Shown here: one piece after another, positions 1-12,602 of the stretch
Layout of the letters: every line of letters begins with the position of its first letter
Numbering within the stretch: the first letter of the stretch is position 1
DNA from: a bacterium
GTDB taxonomy: Bacteria > Omnitrophota > Gorgyraeia > Zapsychrales > Zapsychraceae
Assembly: GCA_030429765.1 (NCBI GenBank)
Contig: JAUIER010000002.1
Span: 194,239 to 258,238, forward strand
DNA: 64,000 nucleotides
Reading direction: 5' to 3'
Made by a program: the position numbers and the translations under genes
Notes under the pieces: generated by a model
Seen by the model: the letters and a program-made list of their open reading frames with translations, nothing else
Told to the model about the DNA's origin: nothing
Databases searched by the model: none

Positions 1-558
1 AAATCCGTAATCGATATTGGCCCGATATGTCTGCAGTGGAAGCTTTCCTTCCAAATAACTTTCCGTCCGGGCCATTTCCACCCCGTTCAGTCGACCTGAA
101 CACTGAATCTTGATCCCCTTGGCGCCTGAATTCATTGACTGGTCAATCGCCCGTTTCATGGCTCGGCGGAACGCGACACGTTTTGTCAATTGGAACGCGA
201 CGTTCTGTGCAACCAATTGAGCCTCGATTGAAGGATTCTTGATCTCACGTGTTTCAATCGTAACTTCTTTTGACGAAATTTTTCCAAGCTGAGTTCTCAA
301 GCGATCTATATCCGCCCCCCGTCGCCCGATGATAACCCCCGGTCGTGCTGTATGGATAATAATCTTGGTCTTGTCTGCCAATCGTTCAATAATGACTCTT
401 GATACGGCTGCTTGGGTAAATTTCTTTTTGATATACTGGCGGATATTGTAGTCTTCGACGACATAATTTTTAAATTCGTTCTTTTCCGCAAACCATAGAC
501 TGCGCCAGTTTTCGATGTAGCCGATTCTTAATACGATTGGATTGACTTTTTGTCCCAC
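1..558 (-). CDS. rpsC: 30S ribosomal protein S3 (3' end runs off the window)
   Basis: Manual translation from GTG at 558 gives MGQKVNPIVLRIG..., the S3 N-terminus; follows rplV as in the S10 operon; AGGAG upstream. Not in the ORF track. Confidence 0.95.
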   Translation of the reverse strand, partial: MGQKVNPIVLRIGYIENWRSLWFAEKNEFKNYVVEDYNIRQYIKKKFTQAAVSRVIIERLADKTKIIIHTARPGVIIGRRGADIDRLRTQLGKISSKEVTIETREIKNPSIEAQLVAQNVAFQLTKRVAFRRAMKRAIDQSMNSGAKGIKIQCSGRLNGVEMARTESYLEGKLPLQTYRANIDYGF

Positions 559-571
559 TTAAATTGACTCC

Positions 572-907
572 TTATTTCGTGATCAAATCTAGTTCGATGG
601 TTAAATGTGTCGTCTTCTTCAAAATTCCTGTCGCGCGCCCAAATGCTGCCGCACGAAATCTCTTCCAGGATGGTCCCTGATCCGCCACAATCTTGGAAAT
701 ATACAGCTGATCTTCGCTAAGGCCTTTTTGTTTGGCATTGCTGATCGCCGAGTTGAGGACCTTGGCCACCATTTTTGTTGACCCCTTATTGACGTGTGTC
801 AAAATGGCCAGCGATGGCAATACTTGTTTCCCACGGATGAGGTTAATCACCGGTCTAACTTTGGTGGGGGAAACTCTGAAATATCTACCTTTTGCTTGTG
901 CAATCAT
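572..907 (-). CDS. rplV: 50S ribosomal protein L22
   Basis: MIAQAKGRYFRVSPTKVR...SAISNA...HLTIEL; start trimmed from the ORF track (1183) to the ATG at 907. Confidence 0.95.
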   Translation of the reverse strand: MIAQAKGRYFRVSPTKVRPVINLIRGKQVLPSLAILTHVNKGSTKMVAKVLNSAISNAKQKGLSEDQLYISKIVADQGPSWKRFRAAAFGRATGILKKTTHLTIELDLITK

Positions 908-962
908 TTTCGTGATCCTGTATGTTCTGTATATGATTAATCTGCTGAGTATTCGCTTACCT

Positions 963-1250
963 TTACGTCTTCTGGGCCGCTTTCTTGGCTTTGACCCCGC
1001 CGTGTTTACGGAAAGTCCGGGATGGTGAAAAATCACCAAATTTGTATCCCACCATGTTCTCTGTAATGAATACCGGAACATGTTTGCGACCGTCATGAAC
1101 GGAAACGGTGTATCCGACGAAGTCTGGCGTGATGGTGGATCGTCTTGACCATGTCTTGATAGGCTCAACTTTACCCGAATCAATCATGCGCTTGAGTTTC
1201 TTTTCTAGTGACGGCTCAACGTATGGCCCTTTTTTGACTGAACGTCCCAT
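963..1250 (-). CDS. rpsS: 30S ribosomal protein S19
   Basis: [11 protein letters not shown]...[15 protein letters not shown]...; start trimmed to the ATG at 1250. Confidence 0.96.
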   Translation of the reverse strand: MGRSVKKGPYVEPSLEKKLKRMIDSGKVEPIKTWSRRSTITPDFVGYTVSVHDGRKHVPVFITENMVGYKFGDFSPSRTFRKHGGVKAKKAAQKT

Positions 1251-1251
1251 A

Positions 1252-2094
1252 TTACTTTTTCGCTCCTCTTCGTCTGACGATATATTTATTCGAATATTTC
1301 TTTTTCTTACGCGTCTTGTATCCCTTAGTCGGCATACCCCATGGTGAAACAGGGTGCGGATTTCCTTGCGGAGCTTTACCTTCTCCACCACCGTGAGGGT
1401 GATCAACAGGATTCATAACAACCCCGCGAGTCCCGCCACGACGTCCCATCCAACGCATACGTCCAGCTTTACCGATTGAGCGGGTCTCATGCTCAACGTT
1501 TCCAATCTGACCAATCGTTGCTCGACAAATCACTGGAATCTTTCGAACTTCACTGGACGGCATGCGAATGAACGCAAAGTCACCTTCCTTGGCCATCACC
1601 TGGGCCGAAGTACCGGCGGATCGGGCAATTTGCCCACCCTTACCGGGTTTGAGTTCAATGTTGTGAACAGCCGTCCCTAATGGAATCTTTCCCAATGGCA
1701 TACAATTACCCGCCTTGAACTCAATCGTATTCTCGATAGTGCTTTGAATCTGGTCACCCACGCGAAGTTCCAGTGGAGCAACAATATATGTTTTCGTCCC
1801 GTCCTCGTACTGCAGCAGGGCAATCCGCGCCGATCGGTTTGGATCATATTCAATTGACAATACGTCCGCCTTCGTATCCAGACGGTCTCTCTTGAAGTCA
1901 ATAATTCGATAAAGTCGTTTATGACCGCCACCTCGGTTACGGCAGGTAATCCGACCGTTCGAGTTTCGACCACCGGTCTTCTTGATGGGCCGCGTCAAAG
2001 ATTTTTCTGGCTTCGACTTGGTGATTTCGGCAAAGTCACTAATTTTGGTATGCCGCAAAGATGGAGTAGTTGGTTTAAATTTTCGTAATCCCAT
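1252..2094 (-). CDS. rplB: 50S ribosomal protein L2
   Basis: [13 protein letters not shown] and [13 protein letters not shown] motifs; operon position. Confidence 0.98.
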   Translation of the reverse strand: MGLRKFKPTTPSLRHTKISDFAEITKSKPEKSLTRPIKKTGGRNSNGRITCRNRGGGHKRLYRIIDFKRDRLDTKADVLSIEYDPNRSARIALLQYEDGTKTYIVAPLELRVGDQIQSTIENTIEFKAGNCMPLGKIPLGTAVHNIELKPGKGGQIARSAGTSAQVMAKEGDFAFIRMPSSEVRKIPVICRATIGQIGNVEHETRSIGKAGRMRWMGRRGGTRGVVMNPVDHPHGGGEGKAPQGNPHPVSPWGMPTKGYKTRKKKKYSNKYIVRRRGAKK

Positions 2095-2096
2095 GA

Positions 2097-2375
2097 TTAT
2101 GTAATCTCTATTTTGCTGCCTTCTTTGAGTTTAACGATCGCTTTTTTCCAAGGAGTGGTACTTCCCTGTTCCTGACGAACGCGCTTGAGTTTTCCCCGAA
2201 CAAAACATGTGTTCACAGAGTCAACCTTGACCTTGTATATCTCTTCAATCGCTTTTTTAATCTCGACCTTGTTGGCCGTTGGAGCGACTTGAAAAACGTA
2301 TTGATTGTACTCCTCTAGCATCGTACCTTTTTCAGTTCGGACCAGAGTTTTGACGACATCGTAAATTGTTTTCAT
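2097..2375 (-). CDS. rplW: 50S ribosomal protein L23
   Basis: TEK...[11 protein letters not shown]...WKKAIVKL; between rplD and rplB. Confidence 0.96.
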   Translation of the reverse strand: MKTIYDVVKTLVRTEKGTMLEEYNQYVFQVAPTANKVEIKKAIEEIYKVKVDSVNTCFVRGKLKRVRQEQGSTTPWKKAIVKLKEGSKIEIT

Positions 2376-2387
2376 TGCAAATACCCG

Positions 2388-3032
2388 TTAATTGCTCGCT
2401 ACGGCCGTTGGCATCAATCGATCAATGATCTTTTCGATTCCCGTTTTGGACACGAGCAAATATTTATTTTTAAGAATATCCAGCGCATTAATGTCTTGCG
2501 AACGAACCATGCTGAATGATGGAATATTTTTGGAAACCCGCAGTAGTGTCTCTGATCCACCTTCAAGAACGGCGACGACTTTACCATCGATCTTTAGATT
2601 GCTCAGGATTAATGCAAACTCCTTGGTTTTAGCGAAATCTTCCGTCAAATCCTCGATGCAAAGCAATCGCTGATCCTGTAATTTGGCCTTTAGGCTTTCA
2701 CGCAATGCGCTGCGTCTGATCTTTTTCGGCAATGTGTATCCGAAATCACGAGGATGCGGTCCAAATACAATTCCGCCTCCCTTCCACAAAGGGGATCGTG
2801 AGGATCCGGCTCGTGCCCGACCTGTTCCTTTTTGACGAAAAGGCTTCTTCCCGCCGCCACGTCGGTCTGCACGTTCTTTAGTAGAGGCGTTACCTTGACG
2901 TAGCGAGGCTTGATACATAACAACCGCTTGATGAATCACATCCTGATTAACACGCTCGCCAAATATTTCATCCGGCAGATCGATGCTTGAAGTTTCTTTT
3001 CCTGATTTACTGAGAACCGCTAACTTAGCCAC
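2388..3032 (-). CDS. rplD: 50S ribosomal protein L4
   Basis: KPFRQKGTGRARAGS...GGGIVFGPHPR motif; GTG start. Confidence 0.97.
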   Translation of the reverse strand: MAKLAVLSKSGKETSSIDLPDEIFGERVNQDVIHQAVVMYQASLRQGNASTKERADRRGGGKKPFRQKGTGRARAGSSRSPLWKGGGIVFGPHPRDFGYTLPKKIRRSALRESLKAKLQDQRLLCIEDLTEDFAKTKEFALILSNLKIDGKVVAVLEGGSETLLRVSKNIPSFSMVRSQDINALDILKNKYLLVSKTGIEKIIDRLMPTAVASN

Positions 3033-3034
3033 GA

Positions 3035-3922
3035 TTATTTACCTTTTTTCTTAGCACCCGCTTTAGCTTTACTCTGCTTCATCGGGTTAACTTTATGTTG
3101 AACAACGGCCTTGACTTCGTTAAGATCACGCCATGTCTTTTTACGCGATAGTTTGACGGAAACGATTCCGCTTTTGTGCCCCGGAACGGCTCCTTTGAGC
3201 ATGACGAAATTGTTTTCAAGATCAACATCCATCACACGTAACCCCTGTGTCGTCACTCGCTTATTACCCATTTGACCCGGCATTGTACGCCCTTTGAGCG
3301 TTTTGGATGGATCAGCACTCATACCAATCGATCCAACCCGACGATGATGCATCGAACCGTGACCAGCTGGTCCACCCGACCAACCGTGTCGCTTCATACC
3401 ACCCTGGAATCCCTTCCCAATGGATGTCCCCGACACGTCCACATAGTCACCGGGTTTGAACACCTCGGCTCCAATTGTCTGACCGACTTTGTAAGGATCG
3501 TTTTTGCTTGTACCAAACTCGCGAACAATCTTCATAGGCGCTACTCCGGCCTTCTTGAAGAACCCCATTCGGGCTTTATTTGTTCGCTTTTCTGTTGTTT
3601 CCGCAAAACCAAGTGTAACCTTGCTGGGCTCATCATTCAGTTCAAGTACGGTACATGGACCAACCTCAACGACCGTGATAGGGATAAAGTTTCCATCCTT
3701 GTCAAATATCTGAGTCATTCCCAACTTACGTCCGATTACACCGGAAATCGTATGTTCAATGGGTTCCGCGGGAGCTTCTTCAACTTTATCTTCAGCTTCC
3801 GCCTTTTGTTCCCCGGCAGCTTTATCCGCCGCCTGCTGAACTACTGTTGCTTCCGCGTCTGTATTTGATGACGTGTCTTCGACCGCTTTTTCTTCTGCTT
3901 CTTTTTTATCTTCTTCTGACAT
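3035..3922 (-). CDS. rplC: 50S ribosomal protein L3 with N- and C-terminal extensions
   Basis: GRKLGMTQIF, GKGFQGGMKRH and MPGQMG motifs; acidic N-terminal extension. Confidence 0.96.
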   Translation of the reverse strand: MSEEDKKEAEEKAVEDTSSNTDAEATVVQQAADKAAGEQKAEAEDKVEEAPAEPIEHTISGVIGRKLGMTQIFDKDGNFIPITVVEVGPCTVLELNDEPSKVTLGFAETTEKRTNKARMGFFKKAGVAPMKIVREFGTSKNDPYKVGQTIGAEVFKPGDYVDVSGTSIGKGFQGGMKRHGWSGGPAGHGSMHHRRVGSIGMSADPSKTLKGRTMPGQMGNKRVTTQGLRVMDVDLENNFVMLKGAVPGHKSGIVSVKLSRKKTWRDLNEVKAVVQHKVNPMKQSKAKAGAKKKGK

Positions 3923-3966
3923 GAGATTACACTAGTTTTATATGATTGAGTGAGCTTGTTGTCGCA

Positions 3967-4269
3967 CTACTGCTTAATTTCTACATCTACACCCGCCGGC
4001 AAATTCAGCTTTCGTAAGGCTTCGACCGTCTTCGCTGTGGGTTCGAGTAGATCAATTAAACGTTTGTGTGTTGCTAATCCAAATTGCTCACGTGACTTTT
4101 TATCAATAACCGGAGATCTGAGAACCGTATATAGTTCTTTTTTGGTCGGCAACGGGACTGGACCCGATATCTTGGCTCCAGTCCTTATTGCCGTATCTAC
4201 GATTTCCTGAGCTGACTGATCAATCAGCCGATGATCAAAAGCCTTTAATTTTATTCTTATTTTTTGCAT
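3967..4269 (-). CDS. rpsJ: 30S ribosomal protein S10
   Basis: [15 protein letters not shown]...GPVPLPT...HKRLID. Confidence 0.98.
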   Translation of the reverse strand: MQKIRIKLKAFDHRLIDQSAQEIVDTAIRTGAKISGPVPLPTKKELYTVLRSPVIDKKSREQFGLATHKRLIDLLEPTAKTVEALRKLNLPAGVDVEIKQ

Positions 4270-4294
4270 TATACCTGTCCGTATTCCTTAGTAA

Positions 4295-5488
4295 TTAGGC
4301 GATAACTTCGTGAATAACTCCCGCACCTACTGTTCGACCACCTTCTCGAATTGCAAAACGCAACTCTTTTTCCATCGCGATAGGTACAATCAATTCAACT
4401 TCCATTTCAACGTTATCACCAGGCATAACCATTTCTGTACCTTCTGGCAATTTTGCTGAACCGGTTACGTCCGTGGTTCTGAAGTAGAACTGCGGTCTGT
4501 ATCCGTTGAAGAATGGAGTGTGTCGTCCACCTTCTTCTTTGGTTAGAATGTAAGCTTTCGCTTTGAATTTAGTGTGAGGTGTAATTGAACCTTTGGCAGC
4601 AAGAACTTGCCCTCGCTCGATCGACTCTTTGTCGACCCCACGAAGCAGTAGACCAACGTTGTCACCTGCATGACCTTCATCCAATTCCTTACGGAACATT
4701 TCAACACCTGTAACAACAGTTTGTGAAATTTCCTTTTTCATCCCAACGATGTCAACTTCTTCACCGACCTTAACTTTTCCTCGTTCGATACGTCCAGTGG
4801 CTACCGTACCTCGACCAGAGATTGAGAATACGTCCTCAACAGCCATCAAGAACGGCTTATCCAATTCACGTGGTGGCTCTGGGATGAACGCATCAACGCC
4901 AGCCATAAGGTCTAGAATTGGTTTGATTTTCGCTTCGTCATCTGGATTTTCCAAGGCTTGCAATGCGCTTCCACGGATGATTGGTGTGTTGTCGCCATCA
5001 TAGTCATATTTTGAAAGAAGCTCACGCAATTCAAGTTCAACCAGATCCAAAAGCTCTTCATCTTCAACTTGATCACATTTGTTCATGAAAACGACGATTG
5101 AAGGAACGTTTACCTGACGAGCCAATAGGATGTGCTCTTTTGTCTGAGGCATCGCACCATCAGCCGCTGATACACATAGAATAGCTCCATCCATCTGGGC
5201 CGCTCCGGTGATCATGTTCTTGATGTAGTCCGCGTGACCAGGACAGTCAATGTGAGCATAGTGACGGTTGTCTGTTTCGTACTCAAGGTGAGCAATGTTG
5301 ATTGTTACCCCACGCTCTTTTTCTTCCGGAGCATTATCAATCGCATCATAAGCTTTCGCCTCTGCTTTACCAGTTTTTGCCAAGATCGTAGTAATGGCGG
5401 CACTTAAAGTTGTCTTACCATGGTCAACGTGACCGATAGTTCCGATGTTTAAGTGAGGTTTAGTTCTTACGAATTTTTCTTTAGCCAT
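4295..5488 (-). CDS. tuf: Elongation factor Tu
   Basis: [34 protein letters not shown]. Confidence 0.99.
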   Translation of the reverse strand: MAKEKFVRTKPHLNIGTIGHVDHGKTTLSAAITTILAKTGKAEAKAYDAIDNAPEEKERGVTINIAHLEYETDNRHYAHIDCPGHADYIKNMITGAAQMDGAILCVSAADGAMPQTKEHILLARQVNVPSIVVFMNKCDQVEDEELLDLVELELRELLSKYDYDGDNTPIIRGSALQALENPDDEAKIKPILDLMAGVDAFIPEPPRELDKPFLMAVEDVFSISGRGTVATGRIERGKVKVGEEVDIVGMKKEISQTVVTGVEMFRKELDEGHAGDNVGLLLRGVDKESIERGQVLAAKGSITPHTKFKAKAYILTKEEGGRHTPFFNGYRPQFYFRTTDVTGSAKLPEGTEMVMPGDNVEMEVELIVPIAMEKELRFAIREGGRTVGAGVIHEVIA

Positions 5489-5532
5489 TTTCTTTGCTCC
5501 TCCGATAAATATAAATTATAAATTTTATGCTA

Positions 5533-7635
5533 CTACTTTTCAGACTTCTTTTCTTCGCGAGCACCGACAATTTTATCTGCCACATGCTGCGGGACTATAT
5601 CATAATAGGCCGGCTCCATGCTGAATGAAGCTCGCCCCTGAGAAAGTGAACGTATTGCGTTAACGTAGTTGAACATCTCGGCCAACGGAACATTACAACG
5701 GGTTGTTTTTAGATTGGCCCGCATGCCGGTCTCAACAATGATCGCACGACGGGTGTTAATGTCACCCATAACCGCGCTGTAGAATTCATCCGGCGACTCA
5801 AGCTCTACATTCATGATCGGCTCAAGCAGTACAGATTTACCCTTTTTAAGACCTTCCTTTAAAGCCGCCTTTGCCGCCAACTGGAACGCCAACTCGCTGG
5901 AGTCAACATCATGGTAGGAACCGTCATATAGGGTAACTTTGAAATCCGTTACTGGATATCCGGCAATAACACCGCTCAATGCTCCGTCCCGAATCCCTTT
6001 TTCAACTGGTTTGATAAATTCACGAGGAATGGCCCCACCTTTGATTTCATTGACGAAGATAATTCCGTCACCTTTTTTCTCGGTAGGCTCAATGTTGATC
6101 ACAACGTGACCGTACTGCCCTCGACCACCTGTCTGTGTGATGTGTTTTCCAACGATATTTTCAGCTTTTTGCGTCAACGTTTCCTTGTAAGCAACTTCAG
6201 GTTTACCAACAGTAACTTCCAGGTTAAACTCTCTGCGCATACGGTCGACGATGATTTCAAGGTGAAGCTCGCCCATCCCTGAGATGATCGTTTGAGCGGT
6301 CTCTTGATCATAGTCCACACGTAAAGAAGGGTCTTCGTCTAGAAACTTCTTCAACGTAAGACCCATTTTATCTGAATCAGCTTTGGTTTTAGGCTCGATG
6401 GACATCGAGACGACTGGCTCAGGAATTTTCATATTTTCGAGTAGCACTTTATTGTTTGGATCACATAAAGTGTTACCGGATTTCGTATCCTTCAAACCAA
6501 CCACGGCAACAATTTCACCGGCTTCGGCCTTCTGGACGATTTCCTGTTTATTGGAATGCATGACAACAATTTTGGAGATTCTTTCTTTCTTTTGCTCAGA
6601 CGAATTGAAGACTTGAGAACCCGACTCGAGTACGCCTGAGTATACGCGCGTATAGAACAACTTTCCGACGTACGGATCAGTCGCGACTTTGAAGACCAAC
6701 GCGCTAAGCGGCTCTTTTGGATCCGCGTGACGGTCAACCACCTCTTCCGGATCTGTCCCCGGAACAATTCCCTTAACCGGCGGAACATCCAGTGGACTTG
6801 GCAGGTATTCAGTAACCGCATCCAGCACCAATTGAACCCCTTTGTTTCTTAACGCGGTACCCGTAAGTACCGGAAGGAATTTATTCGCGATAACAGCTCG
6901 CCGGATCGCTGTCTTGAGCTCTTCAACGGAGATTTCCTGATCTTCCAGAAACTTTTCCGCAATTTCATCATCCGCATCTGCCAAGCGCTCGATCATCACT
7001 TTACGCGCTGCCTCAACCTTGTCTTTCCACTCGTCTGGAACGTCCCGCTCTTCAATACCACTACCATCGTCTGTTGTGTAGACATAATACTTTCGCTCGA
7101 TCAAATCAAAAAGACCTGAGAAAACATCTTCCGTACCATCCGGTAATTGTAACGGTGCAGCATTTGCCCCAAGACGCTCACGGATTTGCTCCAACACGCG
7201 ATCAAAACTCGCTCCCAGTCGGTCCAGCTTGTTGATAAACGCGATTCGAGGAACTCCATAGCGATCAGCCTGTCGCCAGACGGTTTCAGTCTGCGACTGC
7301 ACCCCACTGGTCGCACATAGCACAACGACAGCTCCGTCCAGAACCTTCAAGGAACGCTCAACCTCGATCGTGAAATCAACGTGACCTGGTGTGTCAATGA
7401 TGTTAAGCTTCTTGCCTTTCCAGAACGTAGTCGTATTCGCCGAGGTGATAGTAATACCGCGCTCTTGCTCCTGTTCCATCCAGTCCATCGTTGCGTTACC
7501 TTCGTCGACGGTACCAAGCTTATGGATTACACCTGTATAGTACAGAATTCGCTCTGACGTCGTCGTTTTTCCGGCGTCGATGTGCGCAATAATACCAAAG
7601 TTTCTATAATCCTCTAAGGGAGTTTTGTCAGCCAT
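5533..7635 (-). CDS. fusA: Elongation factor G
   Basis: [32 protein letters not shown]; 700 aa. Confidence 0.98.
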   Translation of the reverse strand: MADKTPLEDYRNFGIIAHIDAGKTTTSERILYYTGVIHKLGTVDEGNATMDWMEQEQERGITITSANTTTFWKGKKLNIIDTPGHVDFTIEVERSLKVLDGAVVVLCATSGVQSQTETVWRQADRYGVPRIAFINKLDRLGASFDRVLEQIRERLGANAAPLQLPDGTEDVFSGLFDLIERKYYVYTTDDGSGIEERDVPDEWKDKVEAARKVMIERLADADDEIAEKFLEDQEISVEELKTAIRRAVIANKFLPVLTGTALRNKGVQLVLDAVTEYLPSPLDVPPVKGIVPGTDPEEVVDRHADPKEPLSALVFKVATDPYVGKLFYTRVYSGVLESGSQVFNSSEQKKERISKIVVMHSNKQEIVQKAEAGEIVAVVGLKDTKSGNTLCDPNNKVLLENMKIPEPVVSMSIEPKTKADSDKMGLTLKKFLDEDPSLRVDYDQETAQTIISGMGELHLEIIVDRMRREFNLEVTVGKPEVAYKETLTQKAENIVGKHITQTGGRGQYGHVVINIEPTEKKGDGIIFVNEIKGGAIPREFIKPVEKGIRDGALSGVIAGYPVTDFKVTLYDGSYHDVDSSELAFQLAAKAALKEGLKKGKSVLLEPIMNVELESPDEFYSAVMGDINTRRAIIVETGMRANLKTTRCNVPLAEMFNYVNAIRSLSQGRASFSMEPAYYDIVPQHVADKIVGAREEKKSEK

Positions 7636-7683
7636 TTTCTTCCTCTATATTTGAATCGAACGTGAGTTCAATTTTTTATTTGA

Positions 7684-8154
7684 TTACCACCGTAGATGGG
7701 CAAACGCTTTGTTTGACTCTGCCATCTTATGTGTGTCGTCACGTTTCTTGACCGCAGCTCCTTCGCCTTTGTAGGCGGCTAGTAGCTCATCAGCCAATTT
7801 AACTTTCATAGGACGACCTTTTTTCTTCTTAGCAAAGTCGCGAATCCATCTAAATGCCAAGGCATTGGCACGATTGGTTGGGACTTCAATCGGTACCTGG
7901 TACGTTGCCCCACCGACTCGTCGTGATTTAACCTCGAGTCGAGGACGTACGTTATCAATAGCCCGATTGAATACTTTGAGCGGATCATTTTCCTGAGTCT
8001 TTTGCTCCAGAATTTCGAACGCTCCGTAAACGATACTTTCCGCCGTTGTCTTTTTTCCCGAAAGCATCAGTGAGTTGATGAATTTGGCCACCAAACGACT
8101 GTTGTACTTCGGGTCGGCGAGTATCTCTCTTTTTTCTGCAGTACGTCTTCTCAT
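7684..8154 (-). CDS. rpsG: 30S ribosomal protein S7
   Basis: [15 protein letters not shown]; [13 protein letters not shown]. Confidence 0.98.
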   Translation of the reverse strand: MRRRTAEKREILADPKYNSRLVAKFINSLMLSGKKTTAESIVYGAFEILEQKTQENDPLKVFNRAIDNVRPRLEVKSRRVGGATYQVPIEVPTNRANALAFRWIRDFAKKKKGRPMKVKLADELLAAYKGEGAAVKKRDDTHKMAESNKAFAHLRW

Positions 8155-8531
8155 TATCCTTGTTTTTCCTTTTTAGCTCCATATTTCGAACGAGACTTCT
8201 GCCGCTTTGCAACGCCGGCTGTATCCAGCGTTCCTCGCACGATATGGTATCGAACACCCGGCAAATCTTTAACCCGACCGCCTCTCACCAGAACGATGGA
8301 GTGTTCCTGCAAGTTGTGTCCTTCGCCCATGATGTAAGACGTGACTTCAAACTTGTTTGAAAGTCGAACCCTTGCAACTTTTCGCAACGCCGAGTTAGGC
8401 TTCTTCGGCGTCATTGTTTTTACCTGTAAACATACTCCACGTCGAAATGGACAATTTGCGAGAGCTGGAGATTTACTCTTGCTCTTCTTCGTCTTTCGGC
8501 GCTTCCTGATCAACTGTTGTATCGTCGGCAT
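8154..8531 (-). CDS. rpsL: 30S ribosomal protein S12
   Basis: [29 protein letters not shown]. Confidence 0.99.
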   Translation of the reverse strand: MPTIQQLIRKRRKTKKSKSKSPALANCPFRRGVCLQVKTMTPKKPNSALRKVARVRLSNKFEVTSYIMGEGHNLQEHSIVLVRGGRVKDLPGVRYHIVRGTLDTAGVAKRQKSRSKYGAKKEKQG

Positions 8532-11500
8532 ATTTCACCACTTCTATTTCGTTGTATTCTTTTAGTCCGGTCCCTGCCGGTATTAAATGACCTACTATTA
8601 CGTTCTCTTTAAGTCCACATAAAAGGTCGAGTTTACCAGAAGAGGCGGCCTCTGTCAAGACCCTTGTCGTCTCCTGAAAACTTGCCGCAGAAATGAAACT
8701 ATCTGTGGTTAAAGACACTTTCGTAATTCCCAGCAACAGCGGGGTCGCCTGAGCCGGTTTGCCTTTTTTGGCAAGAACCCTGGCATTTTCCTTCTTGAAG
8801 GTGTTCCGATCAATCTGCTCTCCGATCAAGAAAGTGGTATCTCCGGAATCCTCAATTTTAACCTTTTTCAGCATCTGTGCGATAATCAACTCAATGTGCT
8901 TATCGTTGATGCGCACCCCTTGAAGACGGTAAACTTCCTGAACTTCGTTCAGTAAATATTCCTGTAGAACTTTGTCCCCGCAAACTCGTAAGATATCGTG
9001 CGGAACAACCGGACCATCCGTCAGTTGCTGACCGGCGAAAACGCGATCCCCACGATAAACGTTAGGGTGCTTTCCGTGAGGGATGGTGTATTCGGCCGCC
9101 ATCCCCGTCGAGCTTTTGATCAAAATAGTACGTCGTCCTTTCTTGTCTTCACCAAATTCGACAACCCCATCGATCTCGCTGATAACAGCCGGATCTTTGG
9201 GCTTACGAGCTTCAAACAACTCCGCAACTCGAGGCAGACCACCGGTGATGTCACGAGTTTTTCCAAGTCCACGTGGAATCTTAGCAATTAAGTCACCCGC
9301 ATTGATCACTTGCTTATCCTGCACAAGAATGTGGGCGCCGATCGGGATTGAATAGATCCCGACGACTTCCTTTTTCTCGTCGGTGATAATAATTTGCGGA
9401 TGATATTCTTGCTTGTGCTCAACAACGACACGCTCGGTAACACCTGTTACAGGGTTTTGCTCTTCTTGCACTGTGACTTCGTTGATAATGTCCTCAGAGT
9501 TGACGGTACCTTTTACCTCGGTAATGATCGGAATCGTGTACGGATCCCATGTAACGAACACAGCCTCTTCCTTTACCGAAGCACCGTCGGCAAACTTGAT
9601 AATCGCCCCTTGAGGTAATTGGTAGCGTTCAAATTCGCGCCCGAATTCATTGTTGATACTAATCGACCCGTTCCGGTTAAGAACAATAAATTCGCTACCC
9701 TTCTCGACGACACGAAGCTGGTGATACTTAACCGTCCCCGCATTCTTGGCCTTGTAGAAAGACTGCTCAATAGATCGTGACGCCGTTCCACCGATGTGGA
9801 ACGTACGCATAGTCAACTGAGTTCCAGGCTCACCGATACTCTGTGCAGCAATAGTTCCTACGGCCTCACCGATCTCAACTAGGCGTTGAGTCGCCAAGTT
9901 ACGACCGTAGCATTTGACACACACTCCGCGATCGGCTTCGCATGTTAACGCGCTTCGAATCCGAACTTTTTCGATACCTAAGTGTTCAATAAGCTCTGCC
10001 CGTTCCTCGGTAATAACCTCACCCGACTCAACCACTTTTTGGTCAGTGACGACGTCGACGATACTATCCAGAGCTACCCGGCCCGTAATCCGCTCTTTAA
10101 GGCTAACCACGAGCTCATCACCTTCGACGATTGCCGCTACCGTGATTCCATTGAGCGTTCCGCAGTCGTGTTCCGTGACAACCATTTCCTGCGCCACGTC
10201 GACAAGACGACGAGTCAGATAACCGGCATCAGCTGTCTTCAGTGCCGTGTCAGCCAGACCTTTTCGCGCCCCGTGGGTAGAGATGAAGTACTCTAGTACG
10301 GTGAGACCTTCACGGAAACTAGCCGTAATCGGATTTTCAATAATCTCACCCGACGGCTTGGCCATCAATCCGCGCATACCCGACAGCTGTCGAATCTGCA
10401 ACCGCGAACCTCGCGCCCCAGAATCAGCCATAATGAAAACCGGGTTAAAGTGATCCATCTGGTCAAATACCAAATCAGATAGCGCCTCGGTTGTGTGGGT
10501 CCAGACGTCGATGATTTTGTTGTACCGCTCACGTCCCGTGATGATCCCTTTACGATACTGATCTTCGACCTTATTAACCTCTTGGCGAGAATTTTTGAGG
10601 ATACCCTCTTTTTGCTTTGGAATCGTCATATCCGCGATGGCAATAGATATACCCGCCAACGTTGCATTATTAAAACCAAGATCTTTGAGGTTATCCAGCA
10701 ATTCGATGGTGGCTTTCTGTCCAAAATTTTTGTAACAGCTAGAGATGACCGCCCCGATTTTCTTCTTGTCGAGCAATTCGTTTACGAAGCCCATTTCTTC
10801 AGGAAGAATTTCGTTCATCAAAACTCGCCCGACGGTGGTCTCGATGATAGGTGTTTTATTCTCATCCTTAAGTTCACGGACTTTTTCCTGATCATCCTGA
10901 AGCGCCTCTTCCTGCGAAATAACCAGGGATGGCTTTTCTTCACCCCAAACAGGCTTGTGCAATTTAAGCTTAATACGCTCATGCAACTTCAGCATTCCAT
11001 CGTTGTATGCGATGATGACTTCCTGCGGACCTGAAAAAATCTTGTCACGATCAGTTGGGTTTGGCTCTTCCTTAGTTGCATAGTACAATCCCAAAACCAC
11101 ATCCTGAGACGGAGACACAACTGGTCGCCCATCAGCCGGTGAAAACAAGTTATTGATGGAAAGCAGCTCGAGTCGGCATTCCATTTGAGCTTCAAGACTC
11201 AATGGAACGTGTACGGCCATCTGGTCTCCATCGAAGTCAGCGTTAAAAGCGGCACAGACCAATGGATGAAGTTTGATCGCTTTTCCTTCGACCAAAGTAG
11301 GATAAAACGCCTGCACACTCAAACGGTGAAGTGTCGGCGCTCGGTTCAACATGATCGGGTGATCTTGAATAACCTCGTCGAGGATATCCCAAACTTCAGC
11401 CTTGGCGCGCTCGACCATTCTCTTGGCGCCTTTGATTGTGTGAACAAATCCCTTTTCGCGTAATTTCCGGATGATAAACGGCTCGAAGAGTTCGAGCGCC

Positions 11501-12600
11501 ATCTTCTTGGGCAGTCCGCACTGATGCAATTTTAGATTAGGCCCGACAACGATAACTGATCGACCGGAATAATCAACACGCTTCCCAAGCAGGTTCATAC
11601 GGAAACGCCCCTGCTTTCCTTTCAGCATGTCTGAAAGCGACTTGAGCGGACGGTTTCCTGAGCCCAACACTGGACGTCCATGCCGACCATTGTCTAACAA
11701 CGCATCAACCGCCTCTTGAAGCATTCGCTTTTCGTTACGGCAAATAATCTCCGGTGCATTCAAGTCAATCAATTTCTTGAGTCGATTGTTACGGTTGATT
11801 ACCCGACGATATAAATCATTCAAATCAGATGTCGCAAAGCGGCCACCTTCCAGTGGAACCAATGGACGAAGATCCGGAGGAATCACTGGCAATACATCAA
11901 GCACCATCCACTCCGCTTCATTGTTTGAGCTATTGAAATCCTCAACAATCTTAAGCGTCTTGGCAATTTTCTTAGCATTCGTACCTGTCGGGTTCGCTTT
12001 TTCCAAATCTTTGCGCAATTTGACACAAAGTTCATCTAGATTAATATCCTTGAGCAATTCACGGACAGCCTCGGCTCCAATTTTTGCTTTGAACGCGCCG
12101 CCGTACTTGACAAGCGCATCCTGATATTCATCTTCAGATAAAAACTGTTTTTGTTTGAGTGGAGTTTCACCCGGGTCGATCACGATATATTCTTCGTAAT
12201 AGATCAACTTCTCGAGATCCCTCAGTCCAATTTGCAGTAGAGCCGCCAAACGACTTGGTACGGCTTTATAGAACCAAATATGAGTTACCGGGCAGGCGAG
12301 ATCAATATGCCCCATCCATTCTCGACGGACGGCGGATCGTGTAACCATAACCCCACATCGGTCACAGACGATTCCTTTAAACTTGATACCTTTGTACTTT
12401 CCGCAAGCACACTCCCAGTCCCGGACGGGTCCAAAAATCTTTTCACAAAACAAACCATCCTTCTCAGGCTTCAAAGTCCGATAGTTCAGCGTCTCTGCCT
12501 TCTTGACAACACCTCGTGACCATGATCGCATTACTTCTGCAGAAGCGATTTGAATCGTGATGTGATCTCTTTCTACAGTCTCTTCGGATTTCTTAGTCAT
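8473..12600 (-). CDS. rpoC: RNA polymerase beta' subunit
   Basis: Catalytic NADFDGD; N-terminal zinc ribbon (CEKIFGP...CACGKY...CDRC); 1375 aa. Confidence 0.99.
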   Translation of the reverse strand: MTKKSEETVERDHITIQIASAEVMRSWSRGVVKKAETLNYRTLKPEKDGLFCEKIFGPVRDWECACGKYKGIKFKGIVCDRCGVMVTRSAVRREWMGHIDLACPVTHIWFYKAVPSRLAALLQIGLRDLEKLIYYEEYIVIDPGETPLKQKQFLSEDEYQDALVKYGGAFKAKIGAEAVRELLKDINLDELCVKLRKDLEKANPTGTNAKKIAKTLKIVEDFNSSNNEAEWMVLDVLPVIPPDLRPLVPLEGGRFATSDLNDLYRRVINRNNRLKKLIDLNAPEIICRNEKRMLQEAVDALLDNGRHGRPVLGSGNRPLKSLSDMLKGKQGRFRMNLLGKRVDYSGRSVIVVGPNLKLHQCGLPKKMALELFEPFIIRKLREKGFVHTIKGAKRMVERAKAEVWDILDEVIQDHPIMLNRAPTLHRLSVQAFYPTLVEGKAIKLHPLVCAAFNADFDGDQMAVHVPLSLEAQMECRLELLSINNLFSPADGRPVVSPSQDVVLGLYYATKEEPNPTDRDKIFSGPQEVIIAYNDGMLKLHERIKLKLHKPVWGEEKPSLVISQEEALQDDQEKVRELKDENKTPIIETTVGRVLMNEILPEEMGFVNELLDKKKIGAVISSCYKNFGQKATIELLDNLKDLGFNNATLAGISIAIADMTIPKQKEGILKNSRQEVNKVEDQYRKGIITGRERYNKIIDVWTHTTEALSDLVFDQMDHFNPVFIMADSGARGSRLQIRQLSGMRGLMAKPSGEIIENPITASFREGLTVLEYFISTHGARKGLADTALKTADAGYLTRRLVDVAQEMVVTEHDCGTLNGITVAAIVEGDELVVSLKERITGRVALDSIVDVVTDQKVVESGEVITEERAELIEHLGIEKVRIRSALTCEADRGVCVKCYGRNLATQRLVEIGEAVGTIAAQSIGEPGTQLTMRTFHIGGTASRSIEQSFYKAKNAGTVKYHQLRVVEKGSEFIVLNRNGSISINNEFGREFERYQLPQGAIIKFADGASVKEEAVFVTWDPYTIPIITEVKGTVNSEDIINEVTVQEEQNPVTGVTERVVVEHKQEYHPQIIITDEKKEVVGIYSIPIGAHILVQDKQVINAGDLIAKIPRGLGKTRDITGGLPRVAELFEARKPKDPAVISEIDGVVEFGEDKKGRRTILIKSSTGMAAEYTIPHGKHPNVYRGDRVFAGQQLTDGPVVPHDILRVCGDKVLQEYLLNEVQEVYRLQGVRINDKHIELIIAQMLKKVKIEDSGDTTFLIGEQIDRNTFKKENARVLAKKGKPAQATPLLLGITKVSLTTDSFISAASFQETTRVLTEAASSGKLDLLCGLKENVIVGHLIPAGTGLKEYNEIEVVKYADDTTVDQEAPKDEEEQE

Positions 12601-12602
12601 AT

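Noticed and set aside
908-1406. Apparent N-terminal extensions of L22 and S19 (also tyrS, rplU, pilC, dksA, proC, addB)
   Set aside because: Longest-ORF artefacts overlapping upstream genes or regulatory DNA; canonical starts exist downstream.
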